NCBI RefSeq assembly: GCF_001194135.2
Contig: NC_069000.1
Span: forward strand, 1,868,018-1,918,300
DNA: 50,283 nt
DNA from: Octopus bimaculoides
Lineage: Eukaryota
Direction: 5' to 3'
Below are positions 24,515-36,042 of the stretch, piece by piece. Position numbers and translations under genes: made by a program. Each line of letters opens with the position of its first letter. The first letter of the stretch is position 1. A model generated the notes under the pieces. It saw only the letters and a list, made by a program, of their open reading frames with translations. It was not told the DNA's origin and searched no databases.

Positions 24515-27500
24515 NNNNNNNNNNNNNNNNNNNNNNNNNNNNNNNNNNNNNNNNNNNNNNNNNNNNNNNNNNNNNNNNNNNNNNNNNNNNNNNNNNNNNN
24601 NNNNNNNNNNNNNNNNNNNNNNNNNNNNNNNNNNNNNNNNNNNNNNNNNNNNNNNNNNNNNNNNNNNNNNNNNNNNNNNNNNNNNNNNNNNNNNNNNNNN
24701 NNNNNNNNNNNNNNNNNNNNNNNNNNNNNNNNNNNNNNNNNNNNNNNNNNNNNNNNNNNNNNNNNNNNNNNNNNNNNNNNNNNNNNNNNNNNNNNNNNNN
24801 NNNNNNNNNNNNNNNNNNNNNNNNNNNNNNNNNNNNNNNNNNNNNNNNNNNNNNNNNNNNNNNNNNNNNNNNNNNNNNNNNNNNNNNNNNNNNNNNNNNN
24901 NNNNNNNNNNNNNNNNNNNNNNNNNNNNNNNNNNNNNNNNNNNNNNNNNNNNNNNNNNNNNNNNNNNNNNNNNNNNNNNNNNNNNNNNNNNNNNNNNNNN
25001 NNNNNNNNNNNNNNNNNNNNNNNNNNNNNNNNNNNNNNNNNNNNNNNNNNNATATATATATATATACACAACATACACTTACGTCAAATCCTTCTTTGTG
25101 ACCAATGCCTTCCAAAATTTCGAAGTCTGCGTAAAATAGTCGTTTCTCTTGGATTAATCCTTCCAATGTTTCTCCTTTCAGAACTGGTTTCATCATTTCC
25201 TCATCCACTCCAAGTCTTCAAGCAGCAAGAAATAAAATAAGAAAAAAGAGAATCATTGGAAATTATTGGTTGTCTGCATTGGCAAAAATATTTTATGAAT
25301 TTTGTAAATTTTACATAAACTTACGTTTTAGGGAGAAGGGAACTCTCACTATTAGCGCAAAGTACTTTTGTTGCAATAATAAAAAAACGAAAATGATTTT
25401 TTTCTCTCCACAACACATGAATTTATCTAAGTTTAGAAATTAACAAGAATCAATAAATATCTGAAAGCAAAATTTGAAAACACATATTTTTGTGTCATCT
25501 GAAATACTCTACGGACTTCTGTGTTGCTTAACGATTCACAAATATTTAACTTTTCTGGAGCCCTAGAAGTCATAAGCCCTATTACCTAGTTTCGCTGGCG
25601 CATAAGTAACCGGAATTACAACATCATCCGTAAATGGGATACCGGTCCGTTGCAGGTTGAAAGGCTAGCAATTCTAAGGAGAGAGAACATGTCGACTGCT
25701 ACTTAATGTTATTGGCCCCGAAGGGATGAATAGCAAGGTTGACCTTGGTGAGATTTGAACTGAGAACGTAAAGAGCCGGAAGAAACGATCCTGCCGTTTC
25801 GCCACATTAAATATTTAACTCAATCCTGTTTAAATATGAAATAGGCAAATATTAACTTACTTTGAAGGGATTTCTTCACACAATTTTATTGATTTGGGGT
25901 TACAACCGTTTAGTCGTTGATATCCAAACCATGTGTCTTCGTTCCAATATGAACAAACCTATGATGGATAACATAAATAAACTTAAGCATTTATTTCTAA
26001 TACAGGCACAAGGCCTCCAAGCATTGTTCGTGCGAGTAGAAGTTACCGTTAATTAACGTCAAACCACAGAAGCTGATTAGCATAAATTTGAACGATTCGG
26101 AGGAATGAAAGATAATGTTGACTTTAGTAGTATTGGTAGTAAACAATGTAAGGCATTTTGTGCGACGCACTAGGAAGCCTATGTATATGCTCAACTTGCA
26201 AGAATTAACTTTCAAATGCCCTTCAGATCAATCCTTACAGTCTTTAAGAATATGTTAACAAAACTATGTTGGAAAATATAGTAAAAGATACATGATATAT
26301 TAGTGAAATTGACCGAATGGTCATAAATGGAAAACATTTGAAAAACTGTCTGTCAAATGTTGGTCAATCGGAACTTTCGTTTCCTCATAACCACTATAGT
26401 ACATCAGCTAAGATGGCCGCTGTCCCCTTCCGGATGTTTTGTTTGAGTTCTAAAGCCGTGCTTGTTTTCTCAACATACACTATTTCCTTCAAGTAACTGT
26501 AAGAAATTTTCCGGTAGAGTTAGATCCAGAGTGATCCTGACAGCCAATGGATATGATCAAATCAGGACATGAAGTGTCCAAGTAGTTGCCGACAGCTTTC
26601 CATTGGGAGTCATGCCGTGGGACTCGTGACACCATCTTGTGGCATCAAAATTGTGTAAGATCAAGTCGCTACAATGTGTCCAACTATTATGGGACACATT
26701 TCATTAAAAATTAATAAAAATGGAAACTAACAGGTTTACGGTGCTCACCTTCGGTTTCGTTATACATTCTTTGCAGTAAATGTTAGTTAGGTCATCTAGC
26801 TTCTTCCAGGTATCAGTTGTGATTCCAGTAAACCAATTTTTCAGAATCCCTTCCCACTTGGTTATTAACAGGTGCCTCTGAAGTGAAAGGTTTCGTTGTG
26901 ATTAAGATGCAAAAGGTAACGTATACCTGGGCGTAAAGGAAAATAACCGATTCGGAAGATATGTTCGTTCGACGCTTCATGCAATCTTCCGACATCCTCT
27001 AGACACACAGGTCTCCCATCACATTATAGAATCACACACACAGAGGCACACAGACACAGACACACACGCACACGCACGCATGCACACGCACGCACGCACG
27101 CAACCCTACACCAACACCCACCCACCGCCGNNNNNNNNNNNNNNNNNNNNNNNNNNNNNNNNNNNNNNNNNNNNNNNNNNNNNNNNNNNNNNNNNNNNNN
27201 NNNNNNNNNNNNNNNNNNNNNNNNNNNNNNNNNNNNNNNNNNNNNNNNNNNNNNNNNNNNNNNNNNNNNNNNNNNNNNNNNNNNNNNNNNNNNNNNNNNN
27301 NNNNNNNNNNNNNNNNNNNNNNNNNNNNNNNNNNNNNNNNNNNNNNNNNNNNNNNNNNNNNNNNNNNNNNNNNNNNNNNNNNNNNNNNNNNNNNNNNNNN
27401 NNNNNNNNNNNNNNNNNNNNNNNNNNNNNNNNNNNNNNNNNNNNNNNNNNNNNNNNNNNNNNNNNNNNNNNNNNNNNNNNNNNNNNNNNNNNNNNNNNNN

Positions 27501-28955
27501 NNNNNNNNNNNNNNNNNNNNNNNNNNNNNNNNNNNNNNNNNNNNNNNNNNNNNNNNNNNNNNNNNNNNNNNNNNNNNNNNNNNNNNNNNNNNNNNAGTAG
27601 AAAAAGATTATCAACATTGATTAGATTATTTAACTCATTATAATAAATTATGTTAATGGCGGTTGATTGGGAGGATCAGTGAAGTGACCGTCAATTTGAT
27701 CTTGAGCCTTTTTATATTCCGAGTTCAAGTCCTCCAAGGATACCTGGGGAGAGATCGATAATATAAAGCAGCAGTCAATACTGATGCCGCTGTGATCACT
27801 TGAATCATTCGCAGACCCTCGATAAAAATGTGTGATCTCACGTTGATGGCTGGCAATCTTCTGATTGATTACAACTGGACATGGCTACAATTATCAGGGA
27901 GAGGCAGAGGTTGTATGAATTAAAATGTTATAGTTCTCTCCCTTGCATATCTTTACGATAATTGGTCATTACCGTTCATGATTATTTCCTTTACATCATG
28001 AACGCAATTCCAATTGTTTGAATATTCTTTTGTATTTGTCTGATTTTCCGTTTCTTTTGATGATTCTCCGTCACTTACGACTATGAACAATCAAATGTTC
28101 AGTCAACTGACCAACCAACTCGTTAACTTAACGTATACGTGGTTAAATGTAACAATGAAGGACCTTTGAATTACAGGTATAATCCATCCGATGGTTGTTC
28201 ACACATGTCTTAATTTTCCGTTGCAAGGAAGTAAAAGAGTTGAATTAATTTTTTGGATTGAATTTTCTTCCCTGAAATCTTTTTGCTATCTATTTTACTG
28301 ATACAGATTTTACTTGCAGATTATACAAGATTAAAGTCGTGTTTTCTGTACTGACTTCGCTACCTTTTGCTAATTTTTCTTTGATTTTTGTTACCCTTCG
28401 TTCTTTGAATTGCGAAAACATCTAGAGAAGAATATAGATTGTACTTGAACATACTAAAAATATACTCACCTTGGCAGGAGATCCATCCTGATGTTTTAAC
28501 TTGTATATCTCTCGTTTGTACTTGATTTCGTTTTCTCGTTGCTCTTTATCCGGATCATTCTGTGGTAAGAATGTATCCCAAGGATAAAGAGTATAATGGA
28601 TGGATGGCCTTATCCAACGGAAAACAGGAAACGTTACGCTCTTTCTAGTAAACCCACGTACCAATTCCAGTGTTTGTATGAACCAAGTTGAAGATGTTAA
28701 TTCGACCGTGGGCTTTTCGGTCCAGAGTTCAATTTTTTTCACTTCTGTAAACGATTCCGGGAGTTGAATATCAAAAGTGTCGAGGGCCCCGATTTTAAAA
28801 TCATTTTTCCAGAAGTTGTCCACAAGGATCTTCTCACTGCTGTTATCCGAAGTATCGTATAATATAACATAGACGCTAGCATCAGTTGCTGCTCCTTTCT
28901 GGTCACCAGTTCGAATCCGGAGTGTGACGTTATGGCTTGATTGCATAAGACTCAT
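16702..28955 (-). CDS. Lipoxygenase LOX-B, 15 coding exons (exon 2 inferred inside N gap), about 669 aa
   Basis: Minus-strand exons: 28955-28470, [exon 2 in gap 27131-27595], 26877-26749, 25958-25861, 25215-25083, 23145-23050, 22114-22018, 21691-21574, 20508-20416, 20179-20119, 19483-19378, 18964-18879, 17704-17522, 17105-16942, 16816-16702. Lengths and phases match LOX-A/C. Motifs [21 protein letters not shown], terminal NAISI. Confidence 0.93.
17376..17486. repeat. 35-bp minisatellite, 3 copies, LOX-B intron 13
   Basis: CACGTATTCCAATACAAGATACTAGCATACATTAA at 17376, 17411, 17446 (third copy has two substitutions). Confidence 0.9.
20854..20889 (+). ncRNA. Degenerate minimal hammerhead-like motif (core A6 to U), antisense in LOX-B intron 8
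   Basis: CTTT-CTGTCGA-A-GAGC-GTAG-GCTC-GAAA-CGTA-AAAG; stems intact, core mutated. Confidence 0.45.
22468..22513 (-). ncRNA. Minimal type-I hammerhead ribozyme-like motif (Penelope-like-element type), sense in LOX-B intron 6
   Basis: Minus strand reads GACAC-CTGATGA-A-GGCTG-(10 nt loop)-CAGCC-GAAA-CGTT-GTGTT: 5-bp stem I, core CUGAUGA/GAAA, 5-bp stem II, palindromic ACGU stem III, GUU triplet. Confidence 0.7.
22548..22715. repeat. (ATT)n array with internal (ATC)n block
   Basis: Directly visible; sits between the hammerhead motif and the tRNA-like head. Confidence 0.95.
22724..22805 (+). mobile_element. tRNA-derived SINE head with Pol III A/B boxes, bracketed by a 15-bp inverted repeat
   Basis: A-box-like TGGCGTAGTAGTT and B-box GAGTTCGATTCC; flanks TATTATTCAGGTCAC (22709-22723) and GTGACCTGAATAATA (22791-22805) are perfect reverse complements. 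Confidence 0.7.
23856..24005. repeat. Tandem duplication, about 70 bp exact, 80-bp period, LOX-B intron 5
   Basis: GCAGCACACCGGAAAGAACTGG...AGGGTGCATGACTGA at 23856-23925 and 23936-24005. Confidence 0.9.
26390..26700 (-). mobile_element. Tc1/mariner-superfamily transposase fossil in LOX-B intron 3
   Basis: Frameshifted minus-strand translation [38 protein letters not shown] resembles the WPxxSPDLxPxDxFLWGYLKxxVY motif region. Confidence 0.5.
27131..27595. other. Assembly gap containing the expected LOX-B exon 2 (other gaps: 7389-7976, 12337-12411, 24515-25051, about 31397-31934)
   Basis: Sequence abutting the gap matches the LOX-A intron 1 sequence that ends 13 nt before LOX-A exon 2. Confidence 0.85.
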
Positions 28956-30035
28956 TTCTGTTTATATGGAAATAGAGAATGAATAACTCAAATATATTAT
29001 TATAGTTGGGCCAAAAGCAGTTTCCGATTTAGTATACATATATACATACATACATACATGCATGCATGCATGCATGCATACGTAAACACACACACACACA
29101 CACACACATGTATGTATGTATGTATGTATGTATGTATGTATGTATGTGTGTGTTTTTTTCAAGATATCCTTGGCCTGAAGAGTAGCCTGTGGTATACACC
29201 CCGCTTGGACATTCACCATTTCTGAGGTTCCGCTCGCTATGAAACATATTTAGCCCGGATCTTATCTACTCCATTCCTTAACTCTTGTATTCTTATTCGC
29301 ACACCCGGCAACGCTGGGTCGCCTACCGTGAAATATAAAAAGAACTTTTTTCAGTTTATCGCACTTCGATACGAAAGAAATCCACAACCTTCCGTCTCAA
29401 TAAACCACTATTGTCCTTGAAAGTTGTTTTGTCGATTTACTACGTATTGCTTGAAGCTAACCTTCTTCCTACACCTCGATTCCTGAATCTCATATATATA
29501 AATATATATATATATATATACGTACACACACAAGTAGGCACATAAATGCAAAAGAAGGCGGTAAAAATAATACTCGAATACCCAAGAAGAGTTATATGCT
29601 TTTATGAATGCTGCAAAATCTTTACAAAACGTTCGTCGGGAACGTGAAACTCCGAGTAACAGTTTTATGATAAAAAAGAAAACAATGAAATAATATATAT
29701 TTTCTGCCTTCAATCGTATTTGAAACCACGTACTATGTTTATGAAAATATGATTTAATTTTAAATGAGGAATTTTAATAACGTATTTCACACTCAGACGG
29801 CCCCTAAATATTCTTGATCTAACAACACTGTGGGTGTCAGAGTAATTGTTTGGTATGTCTATGCTATGTTTACTAGAGAAGATGTCTTGTAGAAGATGAT
29901 GCTGATTGGAATGGCAGTTGGAAGAAGATGTAGGCTTGCATTTTTCAAGTAAGATGGGAAAAATCTTTGCAATCATTTTCCGAGCTTGTTAATCATGCAG
30001 TCCTCCTCAACTTGACACGATTGCCAAGACAGAGC

Positions 30036-30068
<33 letters not shown>

Positions 30069-30624
30069 GAGAGAGAAGAGATACAGAGAGGGAGACAGAG
30101 AAAGAGAAAGAACGACAGAGAGAGCCACCTAGGGTTTGCATTTCCCATATACAATTAGGAGCTGGCCGTCACTGAGAATAATACGCAATCCATGGCTGGC
30201 AGACTTGTGCGTACATATAAGCACACACGCAAGAACTTATAGCGGCAGTGATATGCAAAGGGATAACTAGATTGGTACATAGATGTATAGGAAGAGAGAT
30301 AGATAGAAAGGCTGAGATTCAGACGCACAAATAAATATACAGATAAATAGAGTTTTTGATAGATTAATGGGAACACAGATGGGCAAATATAGAGGTAGAT
30401 AGATACATTAATAGAGAGTTACAGGGATAAGTAAATAAATAGATAGAACGTTACACAGATGGAGAAATAGAGAGATAGTTATGCAGATTATTAGACAGAT
30501 ACATAGATAGATAGAAAGAAGAAGAGACAAATAGATAGATTAATAGATATATAGACACATATACACAAGCATACGTAGAGATACATATTGCATTATTTGA
30601 TTGTTACATTTGGTAATACAAATA

Positions 30625-30817
30625 ATCTTTTCTACTCCAGACACAAGGTCCGAAATTTTGGGGAAAGGGGTCAGTCGATTAGATCTACCCCAGTACGCAA
30701 CTGGTACTTAATTTATCGACCCCGAAATGATGAATTTGAACTCAGAACCGTAAAGACAGACGAAATACCGCTAAGCATTTCGCCTGGCGTGCTAACGGCT
30801 CTGCCAGCTCGCTGCCT
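30625..30817 (-). mobile_element. SINE-like family 1 copy
   Basis: Reverse complement collinear with the 36951 and 48139 copies. Confidence 0.75.
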
Positions 30818-31351
30818 TAAAAATAAAAAAAACACTTCAAGGCGTGATTCCAGCATGGCCACGGTCCTTTGATAATACAAATAATGACATAAAAAAGGTC
30901 TTATATTTACCTGTTGTACTGATGTGCGTTAAACAATAGAATTCCTTCCTTATTCGAAAGCAAATCTTTATGTTGAGGCAAACAATTACAAGCGATCTGG
31001 TTGGGCGAGGTGAGAGTTTTCTTTACAAACGAATAAAATAAGGATTAATTTGAAGAAAGAAAAAATAGAGAAAGTGGGAGTAAAATAATTGAGTATGTAT
31101 GTGTGTATGAGTGTGTGCGTGTGTGTATGTGCGTATGTGTGCGCGTGATATGTAATGTTAACAGAATTACGTATAACAAAACAAGTTTCCTTTCTTTTAC
31201 TTCCTTGTCTGAAAACTGCAAACAGATGTTTATTCCGCTAGATCTGCTCAGCTGAGATGTTTGCAGACTGAGGGCGCACAATGACCTTGATTTACACACG
31301 GTCAAATATATATATGTATATATGTGTGTGTGTGTGTTTCTGTGTATACAT

Positions 31352-31396
<45 letters not shown>

Positions 31397-32542
31397 NNNN
31401 NNNNNNNNNNNNNNNNNNNNNNNNNNNNNNNNNNNNNNNNNNNNNNNNNNNNNNNNNNNNNNNNNNNNNNNNNNNNNNNNNNNNNNNNNNNNNNNNNNNN
31501 NNNNNNNNNNNNNNNNNNNNNNNNNNNNNNNNNNNNNNNNNNNNNNNNNNNNNNNNNNNNNNNNNNNNNNNNNNNNNNNNNNNNNNNNNNNNNNNNNNNN
31601 NNNNNNNNNNNNNNNNNNNNNNNNNNNNNNNNNNNNNNNNNNNNNNNNNNNNNNNNNNNNNNNNNNNNNNNNNNNNNNNNNNNNNNNNNNNNNNNNNNNN
31701 NNNNNNNNNNNNNNNNNNNNNNNNNNNNNNNNNNNNNNNNNNNNNNNNNNNNNNNNNNNNNNNNNNNNNNNNNNNNNNNNNNNNNNNNNNNNNNNNNNNN
31801 NNNNNNNNNNNNNNNNNNNNNNNNNNNNNNNNNNNNNNNNNNNNNNNNNNNNNNNNNNNNNNNNNNNNNNNNNNNNNNNNNNNNNNNNNNNNNNNNNNNN
31901 NNNNNNNNNNNNNNNNNNNNNNNNNNNNNNNNNNTATACTTCACAATTGCTTGAACCCCCACCTCCTGGCACTCAGTACATAGCAGCACGCACTATTACT
32001 TGGAATCCATTACCATACACACACACAAACACACACACAGATACACACACGCACACTCACACACATACACTCTCTCTCACACTCTCTCTCACACTCTCTC
32101 TCACACTCTCTCTCACACTCTCTCTCACTCACATTCACGCACGCACACGCAAGCACAATATGACATACATACGCATAACCACAGCCCTCCACCCAAAAAA
32201 GCTGTCACTCGTCTCTTCGTACACACTCACTAAAGTAAACACACACACCCACTTACAAGTATACACATACACGCGTACACCGACAAACAGACAGACAGAC
32301 TCACACTGGCACAAATAAAAGATAGGCAGAAAGACACATGCTCCGTCACATTTATACACAATAATCACACGCACACACCATCCCGAAGGAATAATATACA
32401 CATATATATTACATATATACATTCACACATGCATATATACATACATTACATATATACGTAGGTGCACACATGTATTGTATGCATACATATATATACAAAC
32501 ATACATACCTACATTACAGACATTGCATATATGGTACATACA

Positions 32543-32760
32543 CAAGAGGGGTGTTGAGAAGTTCCTGACTGTAAGGGAATCGCGAAAAGCCTGTCGGAGG
32601 CCCAACCATCCGAGTTCTTTTTATAGGGTTTAGAAAAACTAAAGGACCGTTGCAATAAGTGTGTCTGTCTGTGGAAAGTATGTTGAATAAAATCATAATT
32701 AACTGATTCTCCTGTATTTTCTTTTGCCCAAAGCCAGGAACATTTCACGACCCCCTCGTG
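32543..32760 (+). mobile_element. Mariner-derived MITE-like element with both TIRs
   Basis: Left CAAGAGGGGTGTTGAGAAGTTCCTGAC and right GCCAGGAACATTTCACGACCCCCTCGTG are imperfect inverted repeats; the interior has a frameshifted mariner C-terminus (..LEKLKDRCNKCV..GKYVE*). Confidence 0.7.
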
Positions 32761-32885
32761 TGTGTGTGTGTGTGTGTGCATATATATATATGTACACACT
32801 CACACACACATATATAGATAAACACATACACACACACATATATTTCGTCCGTCTTCCTTTCCTCTTGGACTTTCTTCCGTCTCCT

Positions 32886-32920
32886 GTTTCTGACGAAGAG
32901 CCATGCTCGAAACGTAAAAC
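32886..32920 (+). ncRNA. Minimal hammerhead-like motif, intergenic between LOX-B and LOX-C
   Basis: GTTT-CTGACGA-A-GAGC-CAT-GCTC-GAAA-CGTA-AAAC; intact core, 4-bp stems I and II. Confidence 0.62.
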
Positions 32921-33026
32921 TACCTTTCGTTCTTTCCTTGAGCGTCTGCTGATACTTTGCATGTACCACATCCTCGTGTTGTTGTTTTTTTCTTGTTGCG
33001 TTTGTTCTTCATCTTTTTGAGATTTA

Positions 33027-33072
<46 letters not shown>

Positions 33073-33210
33073 GCATGTATACATATATGTACATAATTAC
33101 ATATATATGTATAAACATATGCATATATGTGTACAGGACGTCATAAAACGTAAACAACTTGAAACACGAAATACGTGCTGTATATATATATATATATATG
33201 CGTATGTATA

Positions 33211-33300
33211 TACAGGGGTTGGACAAAATAATGGAAACACCTAGCATCATAGCATCATTGTGAAATATCTATAAAACCGCCAAAAGCTTGTTTTATTTTT
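33211..33300 (+). mobile_element. Truncated Tc1-like terminal fragment
   Basis: TA-CAGGGGTTGGACAAAATAATGGAAACACC resembles a Tc1-family TIR; no partner TIR seen. Confidence 0.5.
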
Positions 33301-33365
33301 ATGTAAAAGAGTCGTATGAAATTTAGATACTTACTATCAGGTGAGCGCAAGTGTGTACGTACACA

Positions 33366-33397
<32 letters not shown>

Positions 33398-33990
33398 TAC
33401 ACACACACATATATATATACACACATACGCATATCCACACACACGCACACTCACGCGCACACACGTACACACATATATACAGATACACACTCATGCATGC
33501 ACACTAGCACGTGCGTGTGTACGCGCGCACGTGTGAGTGTGTGTGCTCGCGCGAGCCTATGTATGTATGTATGTATGTATGTATGTATATCCTGGTTGTT
33601 GATAATTTTCTCCGGATCCCACATATATACATACGTTATGCCTGAAAATATAATGGAGTCGTTTCACCTGTTGCTTCATTAATAATAAAATCAGGTGAAC
33701 ATGGAGAAATAGCGACGGCAGAAAATACTTACATAATAGAAGTAAGTGGAAAACAAAGGTAAAGAGGTGAGAAGTCCACGGCTGGAAAGCCGTCTTGTGG
33801 GAACTGACATGTGGTAACAACACCACAAGAGACGCAAAATTTTACTTTGAATCTGATTTTTTTTCTTACTTTCTGCTGCCAACTGTTATTTTCACCTGAT
33901 AAAAAAAGGAAGAAAAAACAAAACGAACGGAAGGTCTCTCCTTTTCTTCCTGTCTATGTCACCATTTTCTCTATTCTCCCTGTCTATCTT

Positions 33991-34046
<56 letters not shown>

Positions 34047-34854
34047 TATATATATACTTATATCACAGGTACTTATTTATATTATTTTGACAGGAAAAGG
34101 CAAACTCGACATCAGCGGACTTTGAACGCAGAACGTAAAGTTGGACGAAATGCCGCTAAGCATTTTGTCCGGTGCGGAAACGATTCTGCCAGCTCGCTAC
34201 CTGATATATTTTAGCTAATATTGTATTTATACACAGACGTGCCTGTCAGCCATATGGATTTATGGCTGCAATAAGATCCTTTTTCACCGTTTTTATTTCT
34301 TATAATTACCGAAAACCAGGTTATGGCTAGGAATTTGTTTTCTGCTTATTATATTATCCATCTGTTATTATATAAATTATTTCTGTTATTCTCTCGTTAA
34401 GAATAATTAATTGATTATGGAATTCTTGTAATTACTATAATTCATGTTAGAGTCTCATTTTTGTTGTTATTATATCCTGGTTGGTGGTAATTTTCTCCGG
34501 ATTCGACGAATTTCAACTTTTACGAGCACAAACTGTTGTTGTTGCTGTTGTTGTTACTTGGATCGAACTTTCCAACTCGGGTAACTTCCTAACTACGATA
34601 AAACATATTCTCTTGTTCTTTTAGACACATACGCAGATTGTCTCTTTCTTTTTCTGTCCGTCTCTCTGTCTCTCTCTCTGTCTGTCTCTGTCTCTCTCTC
34701 TCTCCCTCTCTCCATTTCTCTCAAGAGTTTAGCAGCGCCATCTCTAGACGAGCAGTTATTCTGTGCTGACAAAGAAAAATAACCCAGAAACTGCGGTACG
34801 CAGATATTGCTTTGTGCTGAGTGGAGACGCTAAACTCCCTTGTTCGAAAATATA

Positions 34855-34925
34855 AGGACACAGATAGTGTGTCATATAGCCACCTGGAGACGATGTTTCC
34901 TGGGGCTAAATAACAATAACATTCG
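34855..34925 (+). repeat. Dispersed repeat fragment (AGGACACAG...CCTGGGGCTAAA)
   Basis: Homologous to 50035-50105; the CCTGGGGCTAAA core also occurs at about 10597-10608. Confidence 0.5.
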
Positions 34926-36042
34926 TCCTAACCAGGACTGCCATATTATGTTGGCAAATAATCATATCTCAAATCATGATGGTAAATTTAAAGATAGCCT
35001 ATGAGAGTTATAAAAATTATTAGCAAAATTAATGTACTCATTAATGTACTATTTCTGAGTGGCTTTAACACACGCAGTACCATCCAACCCGGAGGCAGGC
35101 CTATTCCTCTCAGGAATGTCACCGAATGAACAAAGACAAACAAAATCCCTGTTTGACCTTCTTCTTCGTAGAACAAATACTACCCCTCCACACAGCCAGC
35201 GGCAATAACATTTGATATCACTACTTCATAATTAACACGAAACTCACTCATCATGTGAACGGGATGCTGCCTATTTTCTTCCACCATGTTCTTGCAGAAC
35301 TTACAATATATTTAGCGATAGGAGGTTATAGATAAACCTCTTACAAGAAACAATCGACCTGTGTCGAGCTCGAACTTCCAAAGCGCTGACTGGAAATCGA
35401 GTGAAAATAGATTGTCAAACATAACTGATTCGAAAGTTGCTCTCTGAAAAACAATGTCGTATAAACCAAGCAATTAAGGTCAGTAATGCTAGCCATATGT
35501 ATTAAAGTTGTTTCAGAAAGGAATGTGAAAATACATAAAAATATCATTCCCAAAGAGAGAAAAATTCTTATGAAGCGACAAAGAAGGATCAAATTGCCGA
35601 AATACACAACTCTAGGACAAAATGTCTATGAATATATGCAATAAATAGGGAAACCGCTAAAGCTATTATTTTATAGAATAACCTATATAATAACATTTTC
35701 AGCAAACCACAACAATATGAGTTGTAAGGTAACTATTGAGTTTTTATATACTTTATTCAAATCGGCATAGAATAGCAAAATATAGAAACACCTCAATTAA
35801 ACTATCGGCAACCTTCTGCCGGAAAACATCAACACATCACCAGTGTTTTCCGTAACTAATCATCTAAATGATCGCTTCTGTCTGATGATCAATAATGTGA
35901 AACACAGAATAGTAATTTGTGAAGTTTTTTAGAAGCGAAGTTTTTAATATAGTATATTGTAGCATAATGATATATAATATAATATAATATAATATAATAT
36001 AATATAATATGTATACACACACACACACGCACACACACATAT

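Noticed and set aside
28962-28970. TATAAA just upstream of the LOX-B/C ATG as a TATA box
   Set aside because: Too close to the ATG, and embedded in an acceptor-like sequence.
28956-36042. Additional gene or allene-oxide-synthase exons between LOX-B and LOX-C
   Set aside because: Only repeats, microsatellites and short ORFs without recognisable motifs; the gap at about 31397-31934 cannot be assessed.
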